64,000 bases of DNA from Nitrospirota bacterium. GTDB lineage: Bacteria > Nitrospirota > UBA9217. The first letter of the stretch is position 1. Every line of letters starts with the position of its first letter. The notes beneath the pieces are model-generated. The model had not been told where the DNA came from. It saw only the letters and a list, made by a program, of their open reading frames with translations, and ran no database searches. This document shows, in pieces, positions 32,740 through 44,238 of this stretch. A program made the translations under genes and the position numbers. The DNA is taken from positions 160,001 to 224,000 of the forward strand of contig CAWIYV010000009.1 in NCBI GenBank assembly GCA_963840455.1, read 5' to 3'.

Positions 32740-33456
32740 GTGACGAACAAGAAAAAGATCATTCTCGGGTCTGTGCTGCTGGGCACGATCGTGCTTGTGG
32801 TCGGTCTGCTGGAGCACCACTTTCACATTGCCGCGTACCTGAGCCCCGAAGTGATCCACGACCGCATCACGCGGTTGGGCGCATGGGCGCCCGTCGCCTA
32901 CATGACCGCCATGCTAATCACCGTGGTCATCCATCTGCCGAGCCTGCCGCTCGACATCGCGGCGGGGGCCATGTTCGGCCCCGTCCTCGGTACGCTCTAC
33001 TCGGTCACAGCAGCGACCATCGGCTCGCTCTTCAACTTCTGGCTCGCCCGCTTTCTGGGCCGGGCCATGATCGAACCGTACCTGAAAGGGCACGCCAACT
33101 TCTGCAGGTCCTGCTCCGACCGGCTCCTGACCAGGGTCGTCTTTGCCACGAGGCTGATCCCGGTCTTCTCGATTGGATTGATCAGCTTCGGGGCCGGCCT
33201 CACGACCATGTCTGCGAGGAACTTTCTCCTGGCGACGTTCCTCGGCATGGTCCCGGCGAGCTTCACGTACAGCTACTTCGGCTCGATCTTCCCCATCGGG
33301 CCGTGGCTGCCGGTGATCTCCGGCGTCCTGATGGTCGCCGTCTTACTGCTCCTTCCGTACTGGGTCGACCGGTACAACCTGTTCCATCTCCGGGACCTTT
33401 TCCAGCATGTCAAGCAGGACCAGGCAACGGAAAACGAGCACTGCGACCGGAAATGA
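32740..33456 (+). CDS. TVP38/TMEM64 (DedA/VTT) membrane protein, second copy, with a CRSC motif
   Basis: AAGAMFG, ARFLGR, RLIPVFS. Confidence 0.85.
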   Translation: MTNKKKIILGSVLLGTIVLVVGLLEHHFHIAAYLSPEVIHDRITRLGAWAPVAYMTAMLITVVIHLPSLPLDIAAGAMFGPVLGTLYSVTAATIGSLFNFWLARFLGRAMIEPYLKGHANFCRSCSDRLLTRVVFATRLIPVFSIGLISFGAGLTTMSARNFLLATFLGMVPASFTYSYFGSIFPIGPWLPVISGVLMVAVLLLLPYWVDRYNLFHLRDLFQHVKQDQATENEHCDRK

Positions 33457-33476
33457 GGTCGCGAACGTCTTCACCT

Positions 33477-34181
33477 TTAACGGTAGAACCTTGCCAGATG
33501 TTTCGGAGACACCCCGCAACAGTACAGCGACTGGAGCATCCAGTTCCTGAAAGTGGTGAACAGGACTCCTTCCCGTTCCCAGCGCCGCGCCGAGGTCTGA
33601 GCCTTGTCGGGGATGATGCAGATGACGCCGCCCCGCCTGCGGATGCGCCGCATGAGCTCCACGTCCTCCATGATCGGGAACTCCCCGTACCCGCTGATCC
33701 GTTCGAAGTATTCCCTCCTGATGAAGATCGCCTGGTCGCCGAAGGGGATGCGGGTGATCCGGGTGCGCAGAGCGACATAGCGTTCGGTGATCCGGAATAT
33801 CTTTCGGGCCGACCTGATGCCCAGATCAAAGCACCCTGACATGTACTCTGCTTCCTGAAAGGCATCCTGGATGCGCATGAATGCGTTACGCGGGAGAAGA
33901 GTGTCGGCGTGGAGGAACAGGAGGATGTCTCCTTCTGCTAGGGCGGCGCCCCTGTTCATCTGAACAGCGCGGCCCCGCGCGCCAATTGCCGTGATGACGC
34001 CGGCGTCATGGATGGCCCTGATGGTGCATCCCCCGGGATCGCCGTCCACGACGACAATCTCGACGTCCTTGCCGCCCTCCAGGCCGCGAAGATGGGAGAT
34101 GAGGCCATTGATGCCTTCGGCCTCGTTCAGGACAGGGATGATGATGGAGATCACGGGGTTCGTGTTCTTTGAGCGAAGCAT
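33477..34181 (-). CDS. TIGR04283-family arsenosugar biosynthesis-associated GT2 glycosyltransferase
   Basis: SIIIPVLNE, GRAVQMNRGA, FLHADT, FGDQAIF, MEDVEL, TSARRW. Confidence 0.9.
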   Translation of the reverse strand: MLRSKNTNPVISIIIPVLNEAEGINGLISHLRGLEGGKDVEIVVVDGDPGGCTIRAIHDAGVITAIGARGRAVQMNRGAALAEGDILLFLHADTLLPRNAFMRIQDAFQEAEYMSGCFDLGIRSARKIFRITERYVALRTRITRIPFGDQAIFIRREYFERISGYGEFPIMEDVELMRRIRRRGGVICIIPDKAQTSARRWEREGVLFTTFRNWMLQSLYCCGVSPKHLARFYR

Positions 34182-34201
34182 GCTATTTCGGGGGCAGCGC
34201 A

Positions 34202-34316
34202 TTGAAGCTCCCTGCAGCAAGCTGCAGGGAATCTTCGATCCTCAGGGTAGTAGTTTATTCTAATCGCTTGCTAACCCCGCAGCAAGCTGTGGAGAATTAG
34301 CTCGCTCCTGGACTTA
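34202..34316 (-). mobile_element. PATE-like element, standard variant; overlaps the 3' end of the DUF1499 gene
   Basis: TTGAAGCTCCCTGCAGCAAGCTGCAGGG...CTCGCTCCTGGA. Confidence 0.8.
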
Positions 34317-34743
34317 TTGCCGCGCGGATATCCTCGATCCTTTTCCGGTTCACGCCGAGATCGGAGTATCCGATACGGGAGGATGAGCGGACCTGGATGA
34401 CCGCCGCGCGTTCGTCAAGAAAGAACTCAACGTCGTCCACGAAGCGGAACAGGGCGCTGGTGTACTCTGCATGGATATACGAGCCGGTCGACCTGATGAT
34501 CCGTGACCGTTTCATGCTGATGACGATCTTCTTCAATCGGTCCATGGCCTCTCCGGGAGAGCCGGTATAGCGCAGGGGCTCGATGCTGTGGTCCCGGTCA
34601 CTGCTCTGGCTGGAAACGCAGTTCGGTGAAGCAGGGCAGGGCGCAAGCTTTCCGTCGTGAACGCCGAGGTTCACGGGTCTCGTGCCCGTGCAGCCGGCGA
34701 GGAGCAGGCCCAGGGACAACAAAGAGGGAAGAGATCTTGTCAT
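34297..34743 (-). CDS. DUF1499 family lipoprotein
   Basis: LAGC lipobox; CPASPNCVSSQ, FVDDVEF, SDLGVNRKR. Confidence 0.9.
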   Translation of the reverse strand: MTRSLPSLLSLGLLLAGCTGTRPVNLGVHDGKLAPCPASPNCVSSQSSDRDHSIEPLRYTGSPGEAMDRLKKIVISMKRSRIIRSTGSYIHAEYTSALFRFVDDVEFFLDERAAVIQVRSSSRIGYSDLGVNRKRIEDIRAAISPGAS

Positions 34744-34820
34744 AAAGCGTCTCCTGTATGCCGGACCGATCATTATGTAACTCTTATCTCATGAACGACA
34801 GGCATGAACACGAATTACAC

Positions 34821-34869
34821 GGATCCAGGAGCGAGCGCATCCCCCGCAGTCTGCTGCAGGGAGCTTCAA
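34821..34869 (+). mobile_element. PATE-like element, short single-hairpin variant
   Basis: GGATCCAGGAGCGAGCGCAT-hairpin-GGGAGCTTCAA. Confidence 0.75.
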
Positions 34870-35077
34870 TATACGAATTGCACAAATGAACTTAAGAACG
34901 GCATGACACTGATCAGACCAGATAAGAGTCGGATAACGGTGGATCTGTTCTTAATAGAAAGCTTCAATATCCCCTGTCCCTAGGTCTATTCGTGCTATTT
35001 GTACCATTCGTGACATTCGTGTTAAAGACTATTCCCTTCCTTGAGATCGTGCTGTCAATGTCAGACAGTATGTCGCT

Positions 35078-36022
35078 TCATCGGGTCTCAGCTATACCAT
35101 CGCCATAGTGGTCCTTCTCCGGATGGATCTTTGTGATCAGCGAGGTATCGAATATCTCGTCCTGTCCCAGTTCCCGCTTGATGTATCCCAGTTCCTTCAG
35201 TGCTCTGACGAAGTTCATGGTTGAGGAAATGTATCCCCCCGTGAGAGCGGCACAGTACTTCGGGGAGATCCGGAGTGTCTCGAGCACGAATTCCCGGTCG
35301 ATGATCCCCACGTGGTCCGCGATGGCCTGCGCTGCCGCGGAAGGATCGCCCCTGAGCATTGCTTCGGCCTCTTCATGCGCCTGCAGAAAGCGCTCGACGG
35401 CCTCTCGATGGTCGCGGAGGAACGAGCGGTCAACGACGATGCCGTAGCTGGGGTTCTGCGGCCAGAGCTTTGCCGCGGGAACAAGGACCCTGCCGCCGGC
35501 GAAATGCCTGATCGCAACCGCAAGGGCAGGGGTACCGAAGGCTGCCGCCACTTCGTCCTTCGCCACGGCCTCGGTGACCAGGTCCGCCCAGGGATAGTTC
35601 ACGACCGTAATGCTCCTGCCGGGCGCATATCGCGCGATGCAATCTTTCAGGATCACATCGTGGATGGAGCCGTTCCCCGGCACGCCGATCCTCTTCCCTG
35701 CAAACTGGCCGAGGACAGCGCCCAGGTCCTCCAGCTCGGGATGTCCCCGCCACTGCGTTTTCCCGGCCATGACCGTGCCTTCCACATGGCCGCCGGCGAT
35801 GCAGACGACCGGGATGCCCTGCTCCATGCCGATGATGGCCGGCGGCAGGCCGATGTACGCCATGTCGAGCCCGTTGCTCCGGAAGGCCTGCATGATGGCG
35901 GGGCCCGTGCCCATGAGCTTCCATTCCACGTCAGCGGCCATGCGGGCGGTCAGTTCCTTCCTCGCCATCAGGAGGATCGCGGTATGGTAGAAGGTAGAGA
36001 GATGTCCGATCCTGAGCTTCAC
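35078..36022 (-). CDS. NitT/TauT (SsuA/NMT1-like) ABC-type substrate-binding protein with no signal peptide or cognate permease nearby
   Basis: LRIGHLST, GPAIMQAF...DMAYIGLPP, GSIHDVIL. Confidence 0.75.
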   Translation of the reverse strand: MKLRIGHLSTFYHTAILLMARKELTARMAADVEWKLMGTGPAIMQAFRSNGLDMAYIGLPPAIIGMEQGIPVVCIAGGHVEGTVMAGKTQWRGHPELEDLGAVLGQFAGKRIGVPGNGSIHDVILKDCIARYAPGRSITVVNYPWADLVTEAVAKDEVAAAFGTPALAVAIRHFAGGRVLVPAAKLWPQNPSYGIVVDRSFLRDHREAVERFLQAHEEAEAMLRGDPSAAAQAIADHVGIIDREFVLETLRISPKYCAALTGGYISSTMNFVRALKELGYIKRELGQDEIFDTSLITKIHPEKDHYGDGIAETR

Positions 36023-36209
36023 GGATTCATCATAGTCCGCATTTCCTGAGGAGTCAAGCAGCGGGATTTCGGATTGTGGAATGAAACAATAATAAAGAGT
36101 TGTCGGGATGGATGCATGCGGATTGTTTTTTGGATCGTCTCCCTCTTGAGGGGGTATGTTTTATTGCTTGAAGAGACGTATTTTTTTGCATATCCCCTTC
36201 GCGTCCTGA

Positions 36210-36335
36210 ATGAATTTCCTGACCCGTCTAAGGCCACGTCCGCTCGCCCGCGCAAACTCGGCCTTCTGCCTCAGACATGCGCGTTCGCCCTGCGGAACGC
36301 TGCCTTAGGCCAAGATGGGTGCCCAGGAATTTCAT
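36210..36335. repeat. MITE-like 126-bp segment with imperfect terminal inverted repeats
   Basis: ATGAATTTCCTG-ACCCGTCT ... AGATGGGT-GCC-CAGGAATTTCAT. Confidence 0.5.
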
Positions 36336-36408
36336 AGGGCCGCTCCGGGGACATGCGGGGGTTGGGTAAAGACGTAAGCCTTGTTTTTCCAGAAGCCCCT
36401 GCATCCCG

Positions 36409-36515
36409 TGAATCCAGGAGCGAGCTCAGCCCCGCAGTTTGGGCTCAGCGAGCGACTAGAATAAAGACTACCCCGAGGATCGAAGCTCCATGCAGTTTGC
36501 TTTTGGGAGCTTCAA
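36409..36515 (+). mobile_element. PATE-like element, degenerate copy
   Basis: TGAATCCAGGAGCGAGC...GAGGATCGAAGCTCC...GGGAGCTTCAA. Confidence 0.75.
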
Positions 36516-36918
36516 CAGGTCCGTGCACAAGCATGCGAAAGCAGTCCCGGCCAATTCCACCACCAAGCCAGGCAGACACGGCCGAGCCCTTATTCCTGGG
36601 CGAAGGGAAGTGCTGCGATGCTCGAGTAAACTTGTCAACAGTACAAGCCCTGCATGCCTGCACGGACCTGTGAACCGGGGTGCAGAAAAAAGAGAACCAA
36701 GGAGAACTTCCTCGTACGGACATTAATTTGCCCGAGATTTTTATCATAGTGCCCCGCTCGTTCTGGAGATGCTCAGTTTTTTTAAAGCGCTGATCACGCC
36801 TCCGATCGGCCTTGACACGTCCAGGGCGTCTTGAAGAGAGAATAAGAAGTCGGGGAATCCGCAATCCGAAATCCGCAATTGCATCATTTGCTTTGCTGTT
36901 GAAGGGGGACGGGGGAGT

Positions 36919-38907
36919 GTGCTACTATGGCTCATGAAGACTGCGCTGCAGAGCGGCAGCTCGGAACTCCTGAAGGCCTTCGATGTCCTGAGCCTGCCGG
37001 TGTTCATCATCGATGCGGGCGGGAAGGTCGTCTTATGCAATGGCAGTGCGACGCGGGCATTCGGCTGGCGACAGGACGAGATGGTCGGCCTCGACGTGGC
37101 GCGGTTCGTGAGCCTCGAGGGGACGCGGTCAGGCCCTGCCCTGTCGCCCGTTGTATCGGCGCCGTTGCCCTGTTTCCGTAAGGATGGAGGGTCCTTCCAC
37201 TCGCGCATCGCCGTCATACCCGCAATGGATGCCCGGTCCGTCCTCCGGACCGTCGTGGTGCGGGACGCTCCGGAGGATGGCCTGCCCGCATGCGCACCGC
37301 CCGGCAAGGTGGCCCAGGTGGAGCTCATCAACGAGCTCTCGGGCATCATCAACTCCAGCCTCAGCATCGGGACCATCTTCCGCATGGTGGTCTCCGAGCT
37401 CAAGAAGCTCATCGCCTACAGCCGGGCGAGCCTTCTGCTCTACAGCGAAGCGGACGACACGCTCCTGATCTTCGCCCTGGACACCGAGATGAAGACGGCC
37501 ATGAAGAAGGGCGTCAAAGCGCCGATCGAGGGCACCAGCGCAGGCTGGGTCGTGCGGAACAACAAACCCTGGATCAGCGAAGATCTGAACAAAACACAGT
37601 TCCCCCTGGACCGCAAGCTGCTCAAGGAAGGGATCCGCTCCACCGTCAGCATTCCCCTCTACCATGACCGCATGCTCGGCGTGTTCAACTTCGACAGCAC
37701 CGTGCCCGGCCAGTATTCGGAGCAGGACCTCGACGTCCTGTTGATGGTGGCCAAGCACATCGCCATCGCCCTGGAGAACGCGCTGCTCTTCGAGGAGATC
37801 TCGAAGGAGAAGAAGGAGTGGGAGCGGACCTTTGATGCCATCACCGACATGGTCTGGATCGAGGACGGCAAGCAGCAGGTCGTCCGCGCCAACCAGACCC
37901 TGCTCGCCAGGACGGGCTTCACCAAGTCCGAGATCACCGGGATATTCTGCGGCGAGCTGCTGGACCGCATCGGCATCTCCGTCACCCAGTGCCTCTGCCT
38001 CGACACCCTCACCGGCAAGCGGCCGTCCTTCCAGGAACTGAAGAGCAGCGCCGGGAATATCTTCCACTTCTGGGCCTACCCGCTCATCGACGACGAGGGC
38101 AGGCTCTACGCCATTGTCCACTACCTCAAGGACGTGACAGGGCAAAAGCGGCTGGAGCAGCAGCTGATCCGGTCGGACAAGCTGGCATCACTGGGCACGC
38201 TCGTGGCGGGCATCGCCCACGAGATCAACAATCCCCTCGGCATCATCGCCGGATACTCCGAGGCGCTGCTCGACCGCGCACATGACCCGGCGCTTGCCGG
38301 CGTCCGGGGCTTCGAGGACTTTCCCGAGTATCTTCGGACCATCCATAGCGAGATCTTCCGGTGCAAGGACATCCTCAAGAGCCTGCTCGAGTTCGCGCGG
38401 CCGTCGGGAGGCACCTTCCGGGAGATCGACATCAACGAGCTTATCAAGGAAGTGCTCCTTCTGCTCCAGCACCGGACCGCGCGGCTCCAGCACACCCTGT
38501 CGCTCACGCTGAACCGCGACCTGCCGAAGATCTACGCCGATGCGGGGAGCCTTCGCCAGCTCCTGATGAACCTGCTCCTGAACGCCATCTATTTCACGCC
38601 TGTCGGGGGCAGTATCTTCATCACGACCGGGTCCGACTCAGCCATCCAGGATGCGGGAAGCAGCATGGCCGCGGGCCGGATCCGGCTGTCTGTCCGGGAC
38701 ACGGGCGCTGGCATTCCCGCCGGCCTCATCGACAAGGTGTTCGATCCCTTCTTCACCACGAAGCCCGTCGGCGAGGGCACCGGCCTCGGCCTCACCATTT
38801 GCCACCGCATCGTGGAGGAGCATGGCGGCACCATCGATGTGGAGAGCGAGCCTGGGAAGGGCGCGACCTTCACCATCACGCTGCCGTCGGTCGGGAGCAG
38901 GGAATGA
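36919..38907 (+). CDS. PAS/GAF/PAS sensor histidine kinase (NtrB-like)
   Basis: AHEINNPL H-box, NLLLNA, DTGAGI, FDPFFTTK, GTGLGL. Start may be 36934. Confidence 0.92.
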   Translation: MLLWLMKTALQSGSSELLKAFDVLSLPVFIIDAGGKVVLCNGSATRAFGWRQDEMVGLDVARFVSLEGTRSGPALSPVVSAPLPCFRKDGGSFHSRIAVIPAMDARSVLRTVVVRDAPEDGLPACAPPGKVAQVELINELSGIINSSLSIGTIFRMVVSELKKLIAYSRASLLLYSEADDTLLIFALDTEMKTAMKKGVKAPIEGTSAGWVVRNNKPWISEDLNKTQFPLDRKLLKEGIRSTVSIPLYHDRMLGVFNFDSTVPGQYSEQDLDVLLMVAKHIAIALENALLFEEISKEKKEWERTFDAITDMVWIEDGKQQVVRANQTLLARTGFTKSEITGIFCGELLDRIGISVTQCLCLDTLTGKRPSFQELKSSAGNIFHFWAYPLIDDEGRLYAIVHYLKDVTGQKRLEQQLIRSDKLASLGTLVAGIAHEINNPLGIIAGYSEALLDRAHDPALAGVRGFEDFPEYLRTIHSEIFRCKDILKSLLEFARPSGGTFREIDINELIKEVLLLLQHRTARLQHTLSLTLNRDLPKIYADAGSLRQLLMNLLLNAIYFTPVGGSIFITTGSDSAIQDAGSSMAAGRIRLSVRDTGAGIPAGLIDKVFDPFFTTKPVGEGTGLGLTICHRIVEEHGGTIDVESEPGKGATFTITLPSVGSRE

Positions 38908-39083
38908 CGGTCACCGTTCAACGAAAACCGTCACCGCGAACGCAGAGGAAACCCAGGGCAAGAATATTTACCGCGAAGGCGCGAAGGACGTTAAAAACAA
39001 TGAGGACCTTTCTTCAATACTTTAATAAAAAATCTCCAAGATTTCCTTCGCGACCTTTGCGCCTTCGCGGTTCCAATGTTTAG

Positions 39084-39105
39084 TTCCGGCTTGTCCGGGT
39101 CAGGA
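39084..39105 (+). repeat. 22-bp dispersed repeat, copy 2
   Basis: TTCCGGCTTGTCCGGGTCAGGA. Confidence 0.75.
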
Positions 39106-39112
39106 AATGATC

Positions 39113-40447
<1,335 letters not shown>

Positions 40448-40690
40448 TACGAGCTGCCGCGGAACGCGACATCCAATGTTGACTTGTGATAATCGGTGTG
40501 CTACCGTTAAATCAAAGGGCGAGCGAAATGAATGAATTTACTGCCTCGAGGCCGAAGCTCCTGCGGCTTTCTGCAGAGAGCTTCAACAGCCGGAAAAGAA
40601 AAGCGTTCTTGTTCAAAACCTCTGATGGAATGGAAGATGAAATGATGCCCCGGTGCATTTCCTATCTTATGCGGTGCAAAGGAGGACGTG

Positions 40691-42109
40691 ATGAAAAGGC
40701 GATATACGCGGCGTGATTTTCTCAAACAGGCAGGCATTGGCGCAGCGACCCTGGCGGCAGGGCCGGCGATCCTGAGTGACGTGTTCGCTCAGGGGTCCGG
40801 GCGGAAGACCCTCAGGATCCTGCAATGGAGCCACTTTGTCCCGACCCACGACAAATGGTATGACCAATATGCGAAGGAATGGGGAGAAAAGAACAATGTT
40901 GACGTGATCGTCGATCACGTCGGGCTCGCGGACCTGCGGAGCACCTTTGCCGCCGAAGTGGCGGCGGGCAAAGGCCATGATATCGTGGAGTTCATCGATC
41001 CGCCGTCCGATTTCGAGCCGAGCGTCATGGACCTCACCGACCTGAACCAGGAGGCCGTCAAACGCTTCGGGAAGCAGCTCCCCGTGGCCACGCGCAGCAC
41101 CTATAATTCCTATACAAAGAAGTACTACGGTTTCTGCCATGGCTGGACGATCGACCCGGGCGATTACCGCAAGTCCCTCTGGGAGAAGGCCGGAAAGCCC
41201 AACGGACCGGAGACGTGGGAGGACCTGCTGGTCTACGGCGCAAAGATCAAGAACGAGCAGGGTGTCCAGATGGGAATCGGCATCTCCCAGGAGCTCGATT
41301 CGAACATGGCCGAGCGAACCCTTCTGTGGTCCTTCGATTCTTCCATCCAGGACGCGAACGAGAACGTCGTCCTGGACAACAAGAATACCGTTGAGGCCGT
41401 GAAGTTCATGATCGAACTGTACCAGAAGACCATGACGCCCGAGGTGTTCGGCTGGACCGCGGCATCGAACAACCAACTTCTGCTCGCCGGCAAGGCGTCG
41501 TACATCCTGAACTCGATCTCCGCCTACCGGTCCGCGCAGAAGGACGTTCCCGAGGTGGCCAAGGACGTGTTCTTCACGCCGGCGCTCAAGGGGCCGCGCG
41601 GCACGCGGTGGGCCTGCGAGCACGTCATCTATGTGACCGTGATCCCCAAGTTTGCCGAGAAGAACGCCGACCTGTCTAAGAAGTTCCTGCTCGACCGGGT
41701 CGCGAACTACGACCGGGCCATGTGGGAGAGCAAACTCTACAACTCGCCTGCTTTCTTCAGCGCTTCGGTCCCGGTCGGCGAGCGCGGATACCCTGCGGTT
41801 GCCCAAGCGAAGCAGCTGCGCGATCTGCACAATGCGTGGTTCAGCAAGGACCCCTTCGCGCTCCCCGGCGAGCGGACCGACAAGCTGATGCCGCTCAAGG
41901 ATGCCGAGTCGTGGAGCACCAACGTAGGCTTCCCGGGCACGGCGAACCCGGCCGAGGGAGAGATCTTCGGCACCTTCGTTCTGCCGGGAATGTTCGCCCG
42001 CGTGGCCCAGGGCAAGCAGAGCGCCGAGGAATCGGTGAAACAGGCCGCTGGTCAATGCAAGACCATCTTCGACAAGTGGCGGGCCCAGGGGCTGATCGGA
42101 AAGAAATAA
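40691..42109 (+). CDS. Carbohydrate ABC transporter substrate-binding protein, Tat-exported
   Basis: TRRDFLK twin-arginine motif; SBP family 1 features. Confidence 0.88.
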   Translation: MKRRYTRRDFLKQAGIGAATLAAGPAILSDVFAQGSGRKTLRILQWSHFVPTHDKWYDQYAKEWGEKNNVDVIVDHVGLADLRSTFAAEVAAGKGHDIVEFIDPPSDFEPSVMDLTDLNQEAVKRFGKQLPVATRSTYNSYTKKYYGFCHGWTIDPGDYRKSLWEKAGKPNGPETWEDLLVYGAKIKNEQGVQMGIGISQELDSNMAERTLLWSFDSSIQDANENVVLDNKNTVEAVKFMIELYQKTMTPEVFGWTAASNNQLLLAGKASYILNSISAYRSAQKDVPEVAKDVFFTPALKGPRGTRWACEHVIYVTVIPKFAEKNADLSKKFLLDRVANYDRAMWESKLYNSPAFFSASVPVGERGYPAVAQAKQLRDLHNAWFSKDPFALPGERTDKLMPLKDAESWSTNVGFPGTANPAEGEIFGTFVLPGMFARVAQGKQSAEESVKQAAGQCKTIFDKWRAQGLIGKK

Positions 42110-42213
42110 ACCTTATGCCACAGAGCATGTAGGGAGCGAAGGGGGGAACCCTGTCACGACGTTTCCCTCGGAGCATTCCGTGAGCTCTGTGGTATTTTAT
42201 TACTGGACACTTC

Positions 42214-43215
42214 ATGGCGAACGTACAACTGGTTGGGATCAAGAAGCACTTTGAAGGCGTAAAAGCCGTCGACGGCATCGACTTGGAGATCGCGGACGGT
42301 GAATTTCTCGTGCTGCTCGGACCTTCGGGGAGCGGCAAGACCACGCTCATGCGACTCGTTGCGGGTCTTGAAAAGCCGACGGGCGGCCGCATCATCATCG
42401 ACGGCCAGCCCGTCAATGACCTCCCGCCGCGCGAACGAGGCATTGCCATGGTCTTCCAGAGCTATGCCCTCTATCCGCATAAGACCGTGTTCGGGAACAT
42501 CTCCTTTCCCCTCAGCGTGGAAGGCATGCCCCGGGAGGATATCCGGAAGAAAGTGGACTGGGCAGCGGGGCTCCTTGGCATCGGCCACCTCCTGGACCGG
42601 ATGCCTTCCCAGATCTCGGGCGGCGAGCGCCAGAGGGTCGCAATCGCACGCGCCCTGGTGAGACGGCCGAAGGTGCTGCTCATGGACGAGCCGTTGTCCA
42701 ACCTGGACGCGAAAGTACGCCACACGGCGCGCGAGGAACTGAAGCTCTTCCAGCGTGAGATCAACGTGACCACGATCTACGTGACCCATGACCAGGCAGA
42801 GGCAATGGGCCTCGGGGACCGGATCGCGGTGATGCACGAAGGCACGGTCCGCCAGATCGGCTCGCCGCAGTCGATCTATCACGATCCCGCCAATACGTTC
42901 GTCGCAGGTTTCGTCGGCATCCCGCCGATGAACTTCATCGAGCAGGGCGGCCTGATCGTCGGTTTCCGGCCGGAGTCGCTCCTGCCGGAAGAGGTGGGCC
43001 CGGAGGCGGAATGCACGCGGTTCCGGCTGCGGGTCGAGCGGGTGGAGGACCTGGGGTCGCATCGTCTGGTGTACGGCACCATCGGCAAGGACAAAATCAT
43101 CGCCAGCCTGACGATCAGCATCCGCCTGTCGGAAGGGGATGAGCATGTTTTTGCGGTCTGCGATCGGGAGATCCGGCGTTTCGATCCGAAGACCGGCGTG
43201 AGGGTGCGCCCATGA
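42214..43215 (+). CDS. Carbohydrate ABC transporter ATPase (MalK-like)
   Basis: GPSGSGKT, VFQSYALYPH, ISGGERQR, YVTHDQ. Confidence 0.93.
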   Translation: MANVQLVGIKKHFEGVKAVDGIDLEIADGEFLVLLGPSGSGKTTLMRLVAGLEKPTGGRIIIDGQPVNDLPPRERGIAMVFQSYALYPHKTVFGNISFPLSVEGMPREDIRKKVDWAAGLLGIGHLLDRMPSQISGGERQRVAIARALVRRPKVLLMDEPLSNLDAKVRHTAREELKLFQREINVTTIYVTHDQAEAMGLGDRIAVMHEGTVRQIGSPQSIYHDPANTFVAGFVGIPPMNFIEQGGLIVGFRPESLLPEEVGPEAECTRFRLRVERVEDLGSHRLVYGTIGKDKIIASLTISIRLSEGDEHVFAVCDREIRRFDPKTGVRVRP

Positions 43216-44132
43216 GCGGACGGAATCCTTTCGAGCGGGAGTCGGTCCTTGCCCCGCTGATGCTGGCCCCCATAGCGCTCTACATGGTCCTCCTCGTCGG
43301 GTTTCCCTTCCTCATGGCCTTCGTCTACAGCTTCAGCAATGTCACGGTGGGGAATCCCGAGTTCCATATGGTCGGTTTCAGAAATTTCGCTGCCGTTCTC
43401 CGCGATCCGGCGTTCCGGCATTCCCTGATGAACACCTGCATATTCACCTTCTCGTCCATCGGCCTGGTCCTCGTGCTTTCGAACATGCTGACCGAGCTCC
43501 TGATGCGCGAGTTCCGCTTCAAATGGCTTGTCCGGTTCCTGATTATGCTGCCCTGGACAGCTCCGATCGCGCTGGGGACCATCGGCTATCTCTGGTTCCT
43601 CGATTCGGTGTTCAGCCCCCTCGATTGGCTGCTCAGGAGGTGGGGGCTTCTCGGAACGCCGCAGGCCCTGCTGGGCCCCGCGAGCAACATGTACTGGCTC
43701 GGGAGGCCGGGGCTGGCCATGGCCTCGGTCATTCTCGTCCATGTATGGAGGCTGCTGCCCCTTGCTACGATGATCCGCATCGCCGGAATGAACTCGATCC
43801 CCCGGGATGTCATCGAAGCTGCCCAGGTGGACGGCGCCGGCTACTACCGGCGTCTGTTCCACATTGTCCTGCCGCTCCTGCTGCCCGTGATCAGTGTGAC
43901 CGTGCTTTTTTCCACACTGTTCACCTTCACGGACATGACCGTGGTATGGGTCCTCACCAAGGGCGGTCCGCCTGACAACAACACGCAGGTCCTTGCGAGC
44001 CTGGCGTTCTTGAAAGGCATCCAGGGTGGTGACCTTGCCGAAGGTGCGGCTGTCGCGCTGTTCTTCTTTCCCGTGCTGGCAGGCGTGGCTATGGTCGTGC
44101 TGCGGATCGCGAAGAAGGCGGTTGTGACGTAG
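43212..44132 (+). CDS. Carbohydrate ABC transporter permease
   Basis: EAAQVDGA motif; TM segments. Confidence 0.92.
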   Translation: MSGRNPFERESVLAPLMLAPIALYMVLLVGFPFLMAFVYSFSNVTVGNPEFHMVGFRNFAAVLRDPAFRHSLMNTCIFTFSSIGLVLVLSNMLTELLMREFRFKWLVRFLIMLPWTAPIALGTIGYLWFLDSVFSPLDWLLRRWGLLGTPQALLGPASNMYWLGRPGLAMASVILVHVWRLLPLATMIRIAGMNSIPRDVIEAAQVDGAGYYRRLFHIVLPLLLPVISVTVLFSTLFTFTDMTVVWVLTKGGPPDNNTQVLASLAFLKGIQGGDLAEGAAVALFFFPVLAGVAMVVLRIAKKAVVT

Positions 44133-44238
44133 GGGAGAAGACACGGGGACAGGAACAACCACTTGGAAGAACGGAAGAAGCCTGATCAGGAACCTTCCGA
44201 AGTCGATCGGTTCCTTCCCTGTCTGAGGGCCTAAATCC

